Positions 20,240 through 31,124 of a DNA stretch of 50,519 nucleotides are shown here, piece after piece (position 1 is the stretch's first letter; the number at the start of each line of letters is the position of its first letter). The stretch is taken from the NCBI GenBank assembly GCA_903876785.1, contig CAIRBI010000170.1, positions 1-50,519 of the forward strand, written 5' to 3'. Both the position numbers and the translations under genes were made by a program. A model generated the notes under the pieces. That model did not search any database and was not told the DNA's origin. It worked only from the letters and a program-made list of their open reading frames with translations. Origin of the DNA: an uncultured Gammaproteobacteria bacterium. Lineage in GTDB: Bacteria > Pseudomonadota > Gammaproteobacteria > Pseudomonadales > Pseudohongiellaceae.

Positions 20240-21667
20240 TCAGCATGCGGGTATGTCGGAATGAGGAGACCAGATTACCTCCCAGGAAGGCTCACCCGCC
20301 TGCGCCTGCCAGCCCTCGCAGATGCCGACGCCGGGAACACAGATCAGCTCGTCTCCCGCGTAAAGAAGCGGCAAGCGCTCCCGCAACCAAGGCGCCACAG
20401 CGGCATCCTGAAGGACCTTTTTCAGCGCACGGGTGCGGCGCCCGGCAAGTCGACAACTCTCGCCGCCCTGACGGTAGCGTATCTGTAAAACGGTGCCTTG
20501 CAGCTGTCGCAACCCGCTACCGATGCCTGGCGATACGCGCAGACCGCCGTTGCCCGGCAGTGCCAGAGGCGCAGGTGGCGTCCAGTCATAGCATTCGGTG
20601 CTGGTCAGTGACGGCGCGGCCTGGAGCAGATAAAGTCGATCACGAAAGCGTCTCAGCACGCGCCGGACAGCACCACTCTCCCCGCTATCCTCGTAACGAC
20701 CTTCGTAACGATCTTCGCAGCGATCCTCCCAGCTGACTTCTGGCTGAGCATCTATAGCGGCTGGCAACAATTCAGTGACGATCTGCTGTAGCGTATTCCA
20801 GCCGGGATCGGCCACCCGCAGACGCTGCAGCCAGTAGCGCAGCAGGTTGCGCTGTCGGGCCGGACTCAGCTGCGCCAGCGCAGCGACAGCGATCACTGTC
20901 TCATCCTGCGTTGCGGTCAGGGCGTAGTCCTGCGCAGCCAGCTCCTGCAAGAGCACTTCAGCTTCGGCACATAACTCCGCGCTGCGCCTCCAGTTTTCAC
21001 GATAGGTCGGCCAGCGCTTGGCAATTAGTGGCAGCAGCTCATGGCGGCAGAAGTTGCGATCAAACGCAGTGGAGTCGTTGCTCTCATCCTCGATCCACTG
21101 CAGTTGTTGCGCCCGGGCGAAGTGTTCCAAAGCCTGCCGTGTCACTCCCAATAACGGGCGCAGCAAAGGGCGCAGAAAAGGGCGCAACGACGCGCCACGC
21201 CCCAGTGTTCGGGTGGCGGGCATTGCGGCCAGGCCGCGCGGTCCGGAACCGCGCAGGGTGCGCAGCAGGAAGGTCTCGGCCTGATCATCCAGATGATGCC
21301 CCATGACCAGACAATCGCCCGGCTGCAGACAGCGGATAAAGGCGGCATAGCGCTGCTGGCGCGCGAGATTTTCGAGGCTGGCCCCGGATTGGCGGGAAAT
21401 ATGAACTTGCTCGACGCGCAGCTCGACACCGAGACGCGCGCAGGTATCTGCGCAGAATTGCTGCCAGGTGGCGGCGTTGGGGCTGAGGCCATGATTGACA
21501 TGAATGGCGGCGAGGCCAAAGGCGCCGGGATTGTTCTGCTGCAGCAGGCGAAACAGCGACCACAGGAGGACCGAGGAGTCGAGACCGCCGCTGAACGCCA
21601 CCACCAGTCTGCTGCCTTGCGGAATTCCGGCAAGCTGCGCAGACAGTGACTGTTCGGTGAAGGTCAT
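20240..21667 (-). CDS. tilS: tRNA(Ile)-lysidine synthase.
   Basis: PP-loop VVAFSGGLDSSVLL, followed by HVNHGLSP and MGHHLDDQAETFLLR. Located between accA and pyrG. Confidence 0.9.
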   Translation of the reverse strand: MTFTEQSLSAQLAGIPQGSRLVVAFSGGLDSSVLLWSLFRLLQQNNPGAFGLAAIHVNHGLSPNAATWQQFCADTCARLGVELRVEQVHISRQSGASLENLARQQRYAAFIRCLQPGDCLVMGHHLDDQAETFLLRTLRGSGPRGLAAMPATRTLGRGASLRPFLRPLLRPLLGVTRQALEHFARAQQLQWIEDESNDSTAFDRNFCRHELLPLIAKRWPTYRENWRRSAELCAEAEVLLQELAAQDYALTATQDETVIAVAALAQLSPARQRNLLRYWLQRLRVADPGWNTLQQIVTELLPAAIDAQPEVSWEDRCEDRYEGRYEDSGESGAVRRVLRRFRDRLYLLQAAPSLTSTECYDWTPPAPLALPGNGGLRVSPGIGSGLRQLQGTVLQIRYRQGGESCRLAGRRTRALKKVLQDAAVAPWLRERLPLLYAGDELICVPGVGICEGWQAQAGEPSWEVIWSPHSDIPAC

Positions 21668-21702
21668 GCCTTGGGAAACCCCCTGCGGATGAAGCTGGGC
21701 TG

Positions 21703-22656
21703 TCAGTTGGAAATACCGTAACTCATCAGACGCTTGTAGCGACGTTCGACAAGCTCATCCAGCGGCAACCGGGAGAGCCGGTCGACCTGCTCAATGAGCG
21801 CAGTCTTGATGTTGGCCGCCATGGCCTGCACATCACGATGCGCGCCGCCCAGCGGCTCGCTGATGGTGCTGTCGACAATGCCCAGCTCCTCCAGACGCTT
21901 GGAGGTGACACCCATGGCCTCGGCGGCAGCGGATGCATACTCTGCGGACTTCCACAGAATTGTCGCGCAGCCTTCCGGGGTGATGACGGTGTAGGTGGAA
22001 TATTCGAGCATGTTCAGATGATCGGCAATACCGATGGCGATAGCGCCACCAGAGTTCGCCTCACCGGTTACCGTCGCGATCAGCGGTGTGCGCACGGCCG
22101 ACATCATGGCCATGTTCTCGGCGATCGCTTCGTTGATGCCACGCTCTTCGGAGTCGATGCCCGGGTAGGCGCCGGGGGTGTCGATAAAGGTCAGCACCGG
22201 CAGTTTGAAACGCTCGGCCATGGCGATCAGGCGCCGCGCCTTGCGATAACCCTCAGGCCGTGGCATACCGAAATTGTGCCGGACTTTTTCCTTGGTACCG
22301 CGCCCCTTCTGATGACCGATCACCATCACTGGACGGCCATCCAGGCGGGCAATACCGCCGATCAAAGCCTTGTCATCTGCAAACAAACGGTCGCCATGCA
22401 GCTCGTCGAAGTCGGTGAAGATATGGGTGATGTAGTCGAGGGTGTAAGGACGCAGCGGGTGGCGCGCTACCTGCGAAATCTGCCAGGGTGACAGGGAGGA
22501 ATAGATCTTCTCGGTAAGCTTGGTGTTCTTTTCCTGAAGCTTCTGAATCTCGTCGGTGATGTTCAGCTTGTTGTCGGTTCCCACCAGACGCAGCTCGTTG
22601 ATCTTTACTTCCAGGTCGGCGATTGGCTGTTCAAAATCAAGGTAATTCGGATTCAT
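21703..22656 (-). CDS. accA: Acetyl-CoA carboxylase carboxyltransferase alpha subunit.
   Basis: [39 protein letters not shown]. The start was trimmed to match the E. coli AccA N-terminus. Confidence 0.97.
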   Translation of the reverse strand: MNPNYLDFEQPIADLEVKINELRLVGTDNKLNITDEIQKLQEKNTKLTEKIYSSLSPWQISQVARHPLRPYTLDYITHIFTDFDELHGDRLFADDKALIGGIARLDGRPVMVIGHQKGRGTKEKVRHNFGMPRPEGYRKARRLIAMAERFKLPVLTFIDTPGAYPGIDSEERGINEAIAENMAMMSAVRTPLIATVTGEANSGGAIAIGIADHLNMLEYSTYTVITPEGCATILWKSAEYASAAAEAMGVTSKRLEELGIVDSTISEPLGGAHRDVQAMAANIKTALIEQVDRLSRLPLDELVERRYKRLMSYGISN

Positions 22657-22743
22657 AGCGTTGTCATGTTCCAGTAATAATGCGTGCGTTGTTGCCATGA
22701 TAACAAAAGCCGCCAGCGTTTAGCGACTACCAAAACGGGCGCC

Positions 22744-25700
22744 TCAGCGCGCCGCGGACCACCCGTTTTCGCTTTTGTAATTGAGCACCACACGGGTCTT
22801 TCCGAATTCTTCCTGCAAACGGTGCAGCAGTGTCTGGGTGGGCAGAATCGCCCACTGCGGCCCCAGCAACAGGACACCCTTGCTGTCACTCCGGTCGTAA
22901 AATATCCGCACAGGACAGCCGCGCACCGTGGCCTGCTCCGCCTCAGACCCCATTGGTGGCTGCGCAGCCTGATTGCGGCCCCGCTGGGCGGCGGGCGCTG
23001 GTTTGCTCGCAAGCTTCGGCACAGGCGCCAGATCCGCCCGCTGAGTCTCAAGAATGCGTGCCAGTTGCGCTGTGAAATTGGGCGCCAGAAAATCCTTGTG
23101 CAGATACAGATCGAGGAATTGGGCGCAACGCTGCCGGGCCTCGTCCAGACTCATGACGCCACGGGCGCGTCCGCGCATCGCACCGCTGTAATCATCCACA
23201 CTGACCTGACAGTCCACCACCAGAATGGTGTCCTTCTGCAGCAGGTCACGGAACTGTTCGTATTCCTTCGCAAACAGCGACACTTCCAGGCGGGCACTGC
23301 GATCATCGAGTACGACAAAGGCGATGGTCTCGCCGCGCTTGCTCTTCATGGTGCGCATCGAGACCACCAGTCCTGCGACCAGCTGATACTCGCGCTCCGG
23401 CTTGAGGTTGGCGAGCCGGTCGCGGGCGATATGCCCCAGCTCGGGCAGGAATTCATCGATCGGATGGCCACTCAGATAGAGGCCGAGGGTCTCGCGCTCC
23501 GCCGCGAGGCGATGCTGTTCGCTCCATGGGCGCGCTGCTGACCGACTGTTTGGCGTGGAGGGCACATGCTCGCTCACGGGGCTGATATCGCCGAACATAT
23601 CCTGCACGCCGATGGCGTTGTTGCGGCTGCTCTGTTCGGCGGCCTGCACGGTGTCTGCAATCGACGCCATCAGTGTGGCGCGCGCCTGATCGTTGCTGCC
23701 CTCCTGCAGACTGTCCAGCGCACCGGCACGAATCAGCGCCTCCAGCGTGCGTTTGTTGATGGAACGGGCATCGACACGGCGACAGAAGTCGAGCAGTGAG
23801 ACGAAGGGGCCGCCCGACGTTCGCGCCGCAATGATGGCAGCCACCGGGCCTTCGCCGAGTCCCTTGATCGCCCCAAGACCATAGACAATCTCGTGCTTCT
23901 GATTGACCGTGAAGTTATAGGCGCCGATGTTCACATCGGGCACCACCAGCGGCAATTTCATCTGGCGGCATTCCTCGATGAGGGTCACCACCTTGTCGGT
24001 GTTCTGCATGTCAGCCGACAGCACTGCGGCCATGAAATAGGCCGGGTAGTGCTGCTTGAGCCAGGCGGTCTGATAAGAGACCAGCGCGTATGCGGCGGAG
24101 TGCGACTTGTTGAAACCATAGCCGGCAAACTTCTCCATCAGATCGAAGATGGAGCCACCAAGCCTGGCATCCAGCTGACGCTGCGCCGCGCCCTCCAGAA
24201 AGGCATCACGTTGCTCGGCCATCTCCTCGGCTTTCTTCTTGCCCATGGCGCGCCGCAGCATGTCAGCGCCGCCCAGGCTGTAGTTCGCCAGGACCTGGGC
24301 AATCTGCATCACCTGCTCCTGATACAGAATGACCCCGTAAGTATTGGAGAGCACCGGTTCCAGATCGGGATGTGGATAGTCCACCGCCGCGCGTCCATGT
24401 TTGCGGTTGATGAAGTCGTCCACCATGCCCGACTGCAGCGGACCGGGTCGGAACAACGCCACCAAGGCGATGATGTCTTCGAAGCGGCTCGGCAGCAGCC
24501 GCTTGATGAGGTCCTTCATACCCCGGGATTCCAGCTGGAACACCGCCGTGGTCTCGCCTCGTTGCAGCAGTTCATACACGCGCTTGTCGTCGAGCGGAAT
24601 TTCGGTGATGTCGAGTTGCGTGGGCGCACCGGCGTGCTCCTGGGCATTGATCATCTTGATCGCCCAGTCGATGATCGTCAGGGTACGTAAGCCGAGGAAG
24701 TCGAACTTCACCAGCCCCGCTGTCTCGACATCGTTCTTGTCGAACTGGGTGACCAGTCCCTCGCCATTCTCATCGCAATACAGCGGCGAGAAATCGGTGA
24801 GTTTGGTAGGCGCGATAACCACGCCCCCGGCATGCTTGCCGACATTACGCGTGAGGCCTTCGAGCTTGTAGGCCATCTCCATGACTTCTTGCGCATCCTC
24901 ATCGCCGTCGATGAATTCCTTGAGTTGGGGCTCCGTCTCCACCGCCTTTGCCAGTGTGATGCCGACTTCGAAAGGAATCAGTTTGGAGAGCTTGACCGCG
25001 AGCGCATAAGACTTACCCTGTACCCGTGCCACATCGCGCACCACCGCCTTGGCCGCCATGGTGCCAAAGGTGATGATCTGTGAAACAGCCTCTTTGCCAT
25101 ACATGTCGGCCACGTGCTGGATGACGCGGTCCCGGCCATCCATGCAGAAATCCACGTCAAAGTCGGGCATCGATACCCGTTCCGGATTGAGGAAGCGCTC
25201 GAACAGCAGGTCATAGCGCAGCGGATCGAGGTCGGTGATGCCCAGCGCATAGGCCACGATGGAGCCAGCGCCAGAACCTCGCCCTGGTCCAACGGGAATG
25301 CCGTTGTCTCTGGCCCACTGAATGAATTCCATCACGATGAGGAAGTAGCCGGGGAAGCCCATCTGAATGATGACGTTGAGTTCGAAATCCAGACGTTCGT
25401 AGTAAGGCTTGCAAGTCGCCATGTGCAGCTCAGCGTCTGCATAAGGGCTGCCAGGCTTGTCGCGCGGGAACAATCGGAGCAGCCGTGCCTCCAGGCCCTC
25501 AAGACTCACCTGGCGAAAGAATTCCTCGACCGTGACATTCTCGGGAACCGGGTAGTTGGGCAGATACGGTTTGCCGAGCTCCAGTTCGAGATTGCAGCGC
25601 ATGGCGATGGCCAGTGTGTTCTCGATTGCCTCGGGGATGTCGCGGAACAGCGCCTGCATCTCCGCAGCGCTGCGCAGATACTGCTGCTCGGTGTAATGGC

Positions 25701-26391
25701 GAGAGCGGCGCGGGTCATCCAGCGTCCGGCGTTCGTTGATGCAGACGCGTACCTCGTGGGCCTCGAAATCGTCGGCATCCAGGAAGCGCACATCATTGGT
25801 GGCGACCACCGGGCAGGCACAGGAGGTGGCCAGCCGCACAGCGGCAGCGATATAGTCTTCCTCGCCATCGCGCCCGCAGCGCTGCAACTCCAGATAGAAG
25901 CAGTCGGGGAACCACTGCATCCAATTCTTCAGTACCTGCACGGCCTTGTCGTGGCCTTCTTCGAGCAGCGTCCGCCCGACTTCGCCGAAACGCCCACCCG
26001 AAAGGGCTATCAGACCGGCGGAGTGCTGGTGAATCCATTCACGCTTGACCGTCAGCTCACTGCCTGTGGTCTTTTCGGTGTAGGCACGGGAAATCAACTC
26101 GGTCAGGTTTCGATAACCCTCCAGGTTCTTCACCAGCAGCACCAGAGGGGTCGGACGCTGGGGATTGTCTTCGTTCTCCATCAGCACATCGCACCCGCAC
26201 AGAGGTTTGACGCCGGCTTTCATGGCCGCGGTGTAGAACTTGATGAGACCAAACAGATTGACGTGGTCAGTAATCGCCACGGCGGGCATCCGCATGCTCG
26301 CCACGCGGGCGGCCAGATCGTCAATGCGGACCAGACCATCGACGATGGAATACTCGGTGTGCAGTCGCAAATGTACAAATTTCTCAAACAT
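22744..26391 (-). CDS. dnaE: DNA polymerase III alpha subunit.
   Basis: PHP domain FVHLRLHTEYSIVDG, palm motif PDFDVDFCMDGRD, and GLVKFDFLGLRTL. 1215 aa, with a low-complexity insert near the C-terminus. Confidence 0.99.
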   Translation of the reverse strand: MFEKFVHLRLHTEYSIVDGLVRIDDLAARVASMRMPAVAITDHVNLFGLIKFYTAAMKAGVKPLCGCDVLMENEDNPQRPTPLVLLVKNLEGYRNLTELISRAYTEKTTGSELTVKREWIHQHSAGLIALSGGRFGEVGRTLLEEGHDKAVQVLKNWMQWFPDCFYLELQRCGRDGEEDYIAAAVRLATSCACPVVATNDVRFLDADDFEAHEVRVCINERRTLDDPRRSRHYTEQQYLRSAAEMQALFRDIPEAIENTLAIAMRCNLELELGKPYLPNYPVPENVTVEEFFRQVSLEGLEARLLRLFPRDKPGSPYADAELHMATCKPYYERLDFELNVIIQMGFPGYFLIVMEFIQWARDNGIPVGPGRGSGAGSIVAYALGITDLDPLRYDLLFERFLNPERVSMPDFDVDFCMDGRDRVIQHVADMYGKEAVSQIITFGTMAAKAVVRDVARVQGKSYALAVKLSKLIPFEVGITLAKAVETEPQLKEFIDGDEDAQEVMEMAYKLEGLTRNVGKHAGGVVIAPTKLTDFSPLYCDENGEGLVTQFDKNDVETAGLVKFDFLGLRTLTIIDWAIKMINAQEHAGAPTQLDITEIPLDDKRVYELLQRGETTAVFQLESRGMKDLIKRLLPSRFEDIIALVALFRPGPLQSGMVDDFINRKHGRAAVDYPHPDLEPVLSNTYGVILYQEQVMQIAQVLANYSLGGADMLRRAMGKKKAEEMAEQRDAFLEGAAQRQLDARLGGSIFDLMEKFAGYGFNKSHSAAYALVSYQTAWLKQHYPAYFMAAVLSADMQNTDKVVTLIEECRQMKLPLVVPDVNIGAYNFTVNQKHEIVYGLGAIKGLGEGPVAAIIAARTSGGPFVSLLDFCRRVDARSINKRTLEALIRAGALDSLQEGSNDQARATLMASIADTVQAAEQSSRNNAIGVQDMFGDISPVSEHVPSTPNSRSAARPWSEQHRLAAERETLGLYLSGHPIDEFLPELGHIARDRLANLKPEREYQLVAGLVVSMRTMKSKRGETIAFVVLDDRSARLEVSLFAKEYEQFRDLLQKDTILVVDCQVSVDDYSGAMRGRARGVMSLDEARQRCAQFLDLYLHKDFLAPNFTAQLARILETQRADLAPVPKLASKPAPAAQRGRNQAAQPPMGSEAEQATVRGCPVRIFYDRSDSKGVLLLGPQWAILPTQTLLHRLQEEFGKTRVVLNYKSENGWSAAR

Positions 26392-26418
26392 GATGACTCT
26401 GGTCTTAGCTGGTTTTAC

Positions 26419-26452
26419 CTGATGTTACCTGATGGCGCTGATGTCGCTGATG
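26419..26452. repeat. Four CTGATG motifs at 10/9/9-nt spacing upstream of dnaE.
   Basis: ttacctgatg ttacctgatg gcgctgatg tcgctgatg, read directly. Confidence 0.8.
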
Positions 26453-26469
26453 GCGGCGGTAGTATGCCG

Positions 26470-27075
26470 TCAGCCGGCGCTGGAAAGCACCTGCTGCACG
26501 GGTTTAAACGAACGCCTGTGTATTTCGCAGGGCCCCAGCGACTGCAAAGCCTGCAGGTGTGCCGCAGTGGGATATCCCTTGTGCATGGCGAATCCATAAC
26601 CCGGGTAACGGGCGTCCAGTGCCTGCATTTCGCGATCCCGGGTCACCTTGGCAATGATGGAGGCCGCTGCGATGCAGTCTACCTTGGAATCACCCTTGAC
26701 AATGGCTGCACTGGCGTAGGTCCAGCGCGGGCAATAAAGCCCGTCGACATAGACGAAACCCGGCTGCTGCGCCAAGGCCGCAACCGCCCTGCTCATCGCC
26801 AGCAAACTCGCCTGCAGTATATTGATAGCATCGATTTCAGCAGCGCTTGCCCTGCCCAGAGCATAGCACAGGGCCCCTGCGACGATGTCCTGAAATGCGC
26901 GTTCGCGCTGCCTCTCGCTAAGCTTCTTGGAGTCATTCAACGAGGTCAGCGGATGCAGTGGATCGAGAATGACGGCAGCAGCAACCACATCTCCGGCCAG
27001 TGGTCCGCGCCCCACCTCGTCGACGCCAGCAACATGCAGGACGCTGACGCCGGGATACGGAAACCTCAACTGCAC
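26470..27075 (-). CDS. rnhB: Ribonuclease HII.
   Basis: [25 protein letters not shown], and DSKKLSE. The GTG start overlaps the lpxB stop by 10 nt. Confidence 0.95.
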   Translation of the reverse strand: MQLRFPYPGVSVLHVAGVDEVGRGPLAGDVVAAAVILDPLHPLTSLNDSKKLSERQRERAFQDIVAGALCYALGRASAAEIDAINILQASLLAMSRAVAALAQQPGFVYVDGLYCPRWTYASAAIVKGDSKVDCIAAASIIAKVTRDREMQALDARYPGYGFAMHKGYPTAAHLQALQSLGPCEIHRRSFKPVQQVLSSAG

Positions 27076-28256
27076 GATGAGTGGTTCCCGGCGTTCGCGG
27101 CAGGACCGGCGACGCTCAAAACCGCCTTGGCGGCCTCGGCGCTGGCGTCACGGCGAATGTCCAGGTGGATGGCACCGAAGCGTCGCGCGAGCATCCGGCG
27201 CCGTTCGGCATCGCCAAGCAGCGCGAACAGTTCTCGCTGCAGATTCTCGACCGTCACCTGATCTTGAAGAAACTCCGGCACCAGCCGCTCGCCTGCCAGC
27301 AGGTTGGGCAATGCCACGTAGGGCACTTTCAACATTCTGGACGCCAGGGCATAGGTGAGCGCTGCAAGCTTGTAGCACACCACCATGGGGCGCCTCAGCA
27401 GCATCGCCTCCAGCGTGGCAGTGCCCGAGGCCAGCAAGACGACGTCCGCCGCCAGCATGGCGTCGTGCGAGCGTCCATCCAGGATGATGAAGGACTGCCG
27501 AACCTGCGGGGCAATGCCATCCTCATTGAGCATCTGCTCAACCTGGGCTCGCCGTTCGGCGTTCGCGCAAGGAATGACGAAGCGCAAGTGCGGATCATGC
27601 TCCAGACAGCGTTGCGCCGTGGCAAAGAAAATCGCTCCCAGACGACTGATTTCATCGCGCCGGCTGCCCGGCATCAGGGCGATCACGCTGCCGCTGCCGG
27701 ACAAGCCGAGCTCGGCGCGCACCTGCCGCTGCCGAGCTTCTTCGTCATCGCAGATCTCGATCGTGTCGGCAAGAGGATGGCCAATGAAGCGCACGGGCAC
27801 GTTGTGCTGAGCGTAGATCGCGGTCTCAAATGGGAACAAGGCCAGCACCAGATCGACAGCCTGCGCGATCTTGTGAATGCGTTTCTGTCCCCAGGCCCAC
27901 ACACTGGGGCTTACATAGTGCACCGTGCGGATGCCGTTATCATGCAACACCTTTTCGATGCGCAGATTGAAGCCGGGAGAATCGATGCCAACGAAGACAT
28001 CGGGAGGTGAGGCAATGAAATGGGTTTCAAGGTTTTTCTTGATGCGCAGCAACTCGGGAAGACGGCCCAAAGGCTCGATGAAGCCCATCACCGACAAGCG
28101 TTCCATCGCTACGAAACTGTGAAATCCGAGCGCGAGCATGCGCGGGCCGCCAATACCTTCGAAGCGGGCCTCGGGGCAGACACGCAGAATGGCCTGCATC
28201 AAACCGGCGCCGAGGATGTCCCCGGAGGTCTCGCCTGCAATCATGCCAATACGCAT
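27066..28256 (-). CDS. lpxB: Lipid-A-disaccharide synthase.
   Basis: [30 protein letters not shown], and [11 protein letters not shown]. Confidence 0.95.
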   Translation of the reverse strand: MRIGMIAGETSGDILGAGLMQAILRVCPEARFEGIGGPRMLALGFHSFVAMERLSVMGFIEPLGRLPELLRIKKNLETHFIASPPDVFVGIDSPGFNLRIEKVLHDNGIRTVHYVSPSVWAWGQKRIHKIAQAVDLVLALFPFETAIYAQHNVPVRFIGHPLADTIEICDDEEARQRQVRAELGLSGSGSVIALMPGSRRDEISRLGAIFFATAQRCLEHDPHLRFVIPCANAERRAQVEQMLNEDGIAPQVRQSFIILDGRSHDAMLAADVVLLASGTATLEAMLLRRPMVVCYKLAALTYALASRMLKVPYVALPNLLAGERLVPEFLQDQVTVENLQRELFALLGDAERRRMLARRFGAIHLDIRRDASAEAAKAVLSVAGPAANAGNHSSCS

Positions 28257-28279
28257 TTGTCGCCCCTTTTGTTCCGGAC

Positions 28280-29050
28280 TCAGCGCTGGATTCCCCGAGT
28301 CGAGGAGAGGATGGAGTCCAGAAACAACTGAATCTGGGCATTCTCCCGCGCGAGGGGCGCCAACTGCTCTACGGCCTCCTGCAGCATGAAGCCTTTCTTA
28401 TAGAGGATCTTGAAGGCGCGCCGGATCAATTGAATGGTTTCCTCGTCGAAACCGCGTCGCTCAAGCCCGATTGCATTGATACTTCGCGCCTCGGGCGGAG
28501 TGCCGCTGACGATGACGAAGGCTGGCACGTCGTTGCTGACATGCGTCATGCCGCCGATCATGGCATGAGCACCAATCTTGAGAAACTGGTTAATCCCGGC
28601 ATAACCGCCCAGAATTGCCCAATCACTGACTTCCACATGACCAGCCAACCCGACATTGTTGGCAAAGATGGTGTTGCTGCCGACGATGCAATCATGCGCG
28701 ACATGCACATAAGACATCAGCAGATTATTATTGCCTATGCGCGTATAGCCCCCACCAAAGCCTGTGCCTCGGTGCAGTGTGCAACCTTCGCGAATGATAT
28801 TGTCAGAGCCAATCTCCAGCCAGGTTTCCTCGCCCACAAACTTCTTGTCTGCGGGGTCCTCACCGACTGAAGCGAACTGATAAATCCGGTTGTTCCTGCC
28901 AATTCTGGTATTCGACCTGATGATCACATGCGAGGCAATCTGAGTGCCTTCGCCAATCTCGACCCCTGGACCGATGATGCTCCATGGACCAACACTGACA
29001 CCTTCTGCCAGCCGTGCGCTCGAGTCTATGATCGCTCGCGAATCAATCAA
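28280..29050 (-). CDS. lpxA: UDP-N-acetylglucosamine O-acyltransferase.
   Basis: Hexapeptide repeats throughout. (M)[32 protein letters not shown] resembles the LpxA N-terminus. There is no in-frame ATG near it, so I infer an in-frame TTG start at 29050 that overlaps the fabZ stop by 8 nt, giving about 256 aa. Confidence 0.9.
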   Translation of the reverse strand: MIDSRAIIDSSARLAEGVSVGPWSIIGPGVEIGEGTQIASHVIIRSNTRIGRNNRIYQFASVGEDPADKKFVGEETWLEIGSDNIIREGCTLHRGTGFGGGYTRIGNNNLLMSYVHVAHDCIVGSNTIFANNVGLAGHVEVSDWAILGGYAGINQFLKIGAHAMIGGMTHVSNDVPAFVIVSGTPPEARSINAIGLERRGFDEETIQLIRRAFKILYKKGFMLQEAVEQLAPLARENAQIQLFLDSILSSTRGIQR

Positions 29051-29489
29051 TTTGGTTTTTCCTTTCTGCACACATGATAATTGCCTCCCCCACCAGCTCG
29101 TTGCCAACCGACGCACGACAGGCGAATTTATATAAACCGCGCTTGGAGGCAATAAGGGTTGCCTCCAGCATCAACTGGTCACCAGGCACTACCGGTCGCT
29201 TCAGACGCACTTCATCTGCGCCGACGAAATAGTAAAGATATCCATCAACCGGCTTTTTTTCCTGACTCTTGAATCCGAGAATACCGGCTGCCTGCGCGAG
29301 CGCTTCAATAATGAGGACCCCTGGCATGATGGGCTTTTCCGGGAAATGTCCTTGAAAAAATTCTTCATTCGCGGTGACATTCTTGTAGGCAAGAATACGC
29401 TTGCCCAGCTCGAGCTCCACTACTCTGTCCACGAACAGAAATGGATAACGCTGGGGCAGATATTCTTTAATTTCTTCCACATTCATCAT
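29043..29489 (-). CDS. fabZ: 3-hydroxyacyl-ACP dehydratase FabZ.
   Basis: [39 protein letters not shown]. The start was trimmed to MMNVEE, giving 148 aa. Confidence 0.95.
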   Translation of the reverse strand: MMNVEEIKEYLPQRYPFLFVDRVVELELGKRILAYKNVTANEEFFQGHFPEKPIMPGVLIIEALAQAAGILGFKSQEKKPVDGYLYYFVGADEVRLKRPVVPGDQLMLEATLIASKRGLYKFACRASVGNELVGEAIIMCAERKNQID

Positions 29490-29493
29490 TATA

Positions 29494-30525
29494 TTATTTT
29501 CCCAGTGCGATTTTTTCCAATTCACGCAAGCGTTTCGCCATGTCATCCAACTGCCGAAAACGCACAATATTTCTTTTCCACTCCTTGGACTCAAGCAACC
29601 CTGTTCCGGACGAATAGATACCGGATTCGGGGATCGACTGACTGACAAGTGACATGGCGCTAATCATGACTTTATCGGCAATCTGCAGATGACCAATAAT
29701 GCCGACTGCGCCGCCGATCGTGCAATAACGACCTATGGTGGTACTGCCGGCAATAGCGCTGCAGCCGCAGATAATCGTGTGATCACCTACGACACAGTTG
29801 TGGGCAATCTGCACCTGATTGTCGATCTTCACACCGTTACCGATGACGGTATCGTCGAGTGCCCCGCGATCAATGGTAGAACCGGCACCTATCTCGACAT
29901 CATCGCCAATCTGCACGCCACCCAGCTGCGCAATCTTGATTGATTGACGACCATCAAAAGCAAAACCGAATCCATCTGCACCGACAACTACGGATGAGTG
30001 CACTATCGCGCGGTCACCGATCCTGACATCGTGATACACAGTGACATTGGGAAACAGTCGACTGTGCTTGCCTACTCTGCTGCGCGCACCGATATAGCTG
30101 CCTGCTCCTATTACGGAGCCGTCGCCAATCTCGGCGTTCGCCTCCACCACAACGTGGCTGCCAACTGTCACATCCTTCCCAAGCACGACACTCGGATGCA
30201 CAATAGCAGAGGGATGAATTCCGGCATCTGCGGACTCATCCTTCAAGAACAATTGCGATGCTCGCGCATATGTGAGGTAGGGAGAGGAGGAGACCAGCTG
30301 CGCCGTATGACAAGCTGAAGCCAGTTCTGGATCGATGATCACAGCACTGGCTTTGCAAGCCGCTAGCTGACTGACATAACGAGGATTACTTAAGAAACTC
30401 ACTTTGCCTGGCCCGGCGCTCTTGAGTGTCGCAAGACCATCCACAGACAAAGACGGGTCTCCTCGTAATTCAACTTCGAGAAGCTCGGCAAGTTCACCAA
30501 GTGCGTAAACAGTCTTTTTGCTCAC
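29494..30525 (-). CDS. lpxD: UDP-3-O-acylglucosamine N-acyltransferase.
   Basis: N-terminal LpxD domain (LGELAELL..., SFLSNPRY) followed by extended hexapeptide repeats. Confidence 0.95.
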   Translation of the reverse strand: MSKKTVYALGELAELLEVELRGDPSLSVDGLATLKSAGPGKVSFLSNPRYVSQLAACKASAVIIDPELASACHTAQLVSSSPYLTYARASQLFLKDESADAGIHPSAIVHPSVVLGKDVTVGSHVVVEANAEIGDGSVIGAGSYIGARSRVGKHSRLFPNVTVYHDVRIGDRAIVHSSVVVGADGFGFAFDGRQSIKIAQLGGVQIGDDVEIGAGSTIDRGALDDTVIGNGVKIDNQVQIAHNCVVGDHTIICGCSAIAGSTTIGRYCTIGGAVGIIGHLQIADKVMISAMSLVSQSIPESGIYSSGTGLLESKEWKRNIVRFRQLDDMAKRLRELEKIALGK

Positions 30526-30550
30526 CTGGTGAGAACCTGTCGGCCGGAGA

Positions 30551-31054
30551 TTATTGATTCAGCTCGTTCAATTTGGCCGTCACCTTGCCGGTAATATCAT
30601 AAGCGTTGTCAAAAAACGCTACGCTGTCTGCATTGAGAACAATGTTGTAACCGCCCTCTTCCACCACAGATTGAATTGCAGCGCTGAGGTTTTCACGCAT
30701 GCTGTCGATGAATGCCTGGTTGCGTTCCTGCAGTGCAGCCTGCACCCGCTCGGAAATCATCTGCAGTTGTACCTGCTTCTCCTGGGCATCAGAGCTGACC
30801 TTGCGTTTCTCTGCATCGCTCATGATGGACTCGTCACGCTGGGCTTTTTCAACCAGTTCAGTCAGCTCTGTATTCAACGTTTCAGCACGTGTCTGATCGT
30901 CCTTGAACTCTTCCTGAATGACCGCCTGCAGCTCTTGAGCCGCAGTAGAATTGAACAACGCCTGCTCCAGATTGACAACACCGACGACCGGCTCTTGGGC
31001 CAACGCTGCCCCTGAGACCAACAGAAACGCCGCACATACCAACAACTTATTCAT
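30551..31054 (-). CDS. skp: Periplasmic chaperone Skp (OmpH).
   Basis: Signal peptide [19 protein letters not shown] followed by a Q/E-rich coiled-coil body. Located between bamA and lpxD. Confidence 0.85.
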   Translation of the reverse strand: MNKLLVCAAFLLVSGAALAQEPVVGVVNLEQALFNSTAAQELQAVIQEEFKDDQTRAETLNTELTELVEKAQRDESIMSDAEKRKVSSDAQEKQVQLQMISERVQAALQERNQAFIDSMRENLSAAIQSVVEEGGYNIVLNADSVAFFDNAYDITGKVTAKLNELNQ

Positions 31055-31124
31055 TACATTCACAATCAACTCTCCAGATCACGCGATAGACGATGCAATT
31101 GCATCGCTGTTCTCTTGTTGTATT

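Noticed and set aside
22915-23050. A low-complexity insert near the DnaE C-terminus (…ADLAPVPKLASKPAPAAQRGRNQAAQPPMGSEAEQATVRG…) as a possible intein or novel domain.
   Set aside because: It is too short and compositionally biased for an intein, with no splicing motifs. It is most simply a lineage-specific linker expansion.
26415-26428. The 14-mer ttacctgatgttac is shared between the rnhB-dnaE spacer and the tsf-pyrH spacer (39606-39619).
   Set aside because: A handful of repeated 14-mers is expected by chance in 50 kb on two strands. The flanks do not align, and the second copy overlaps the tsf stop codon.
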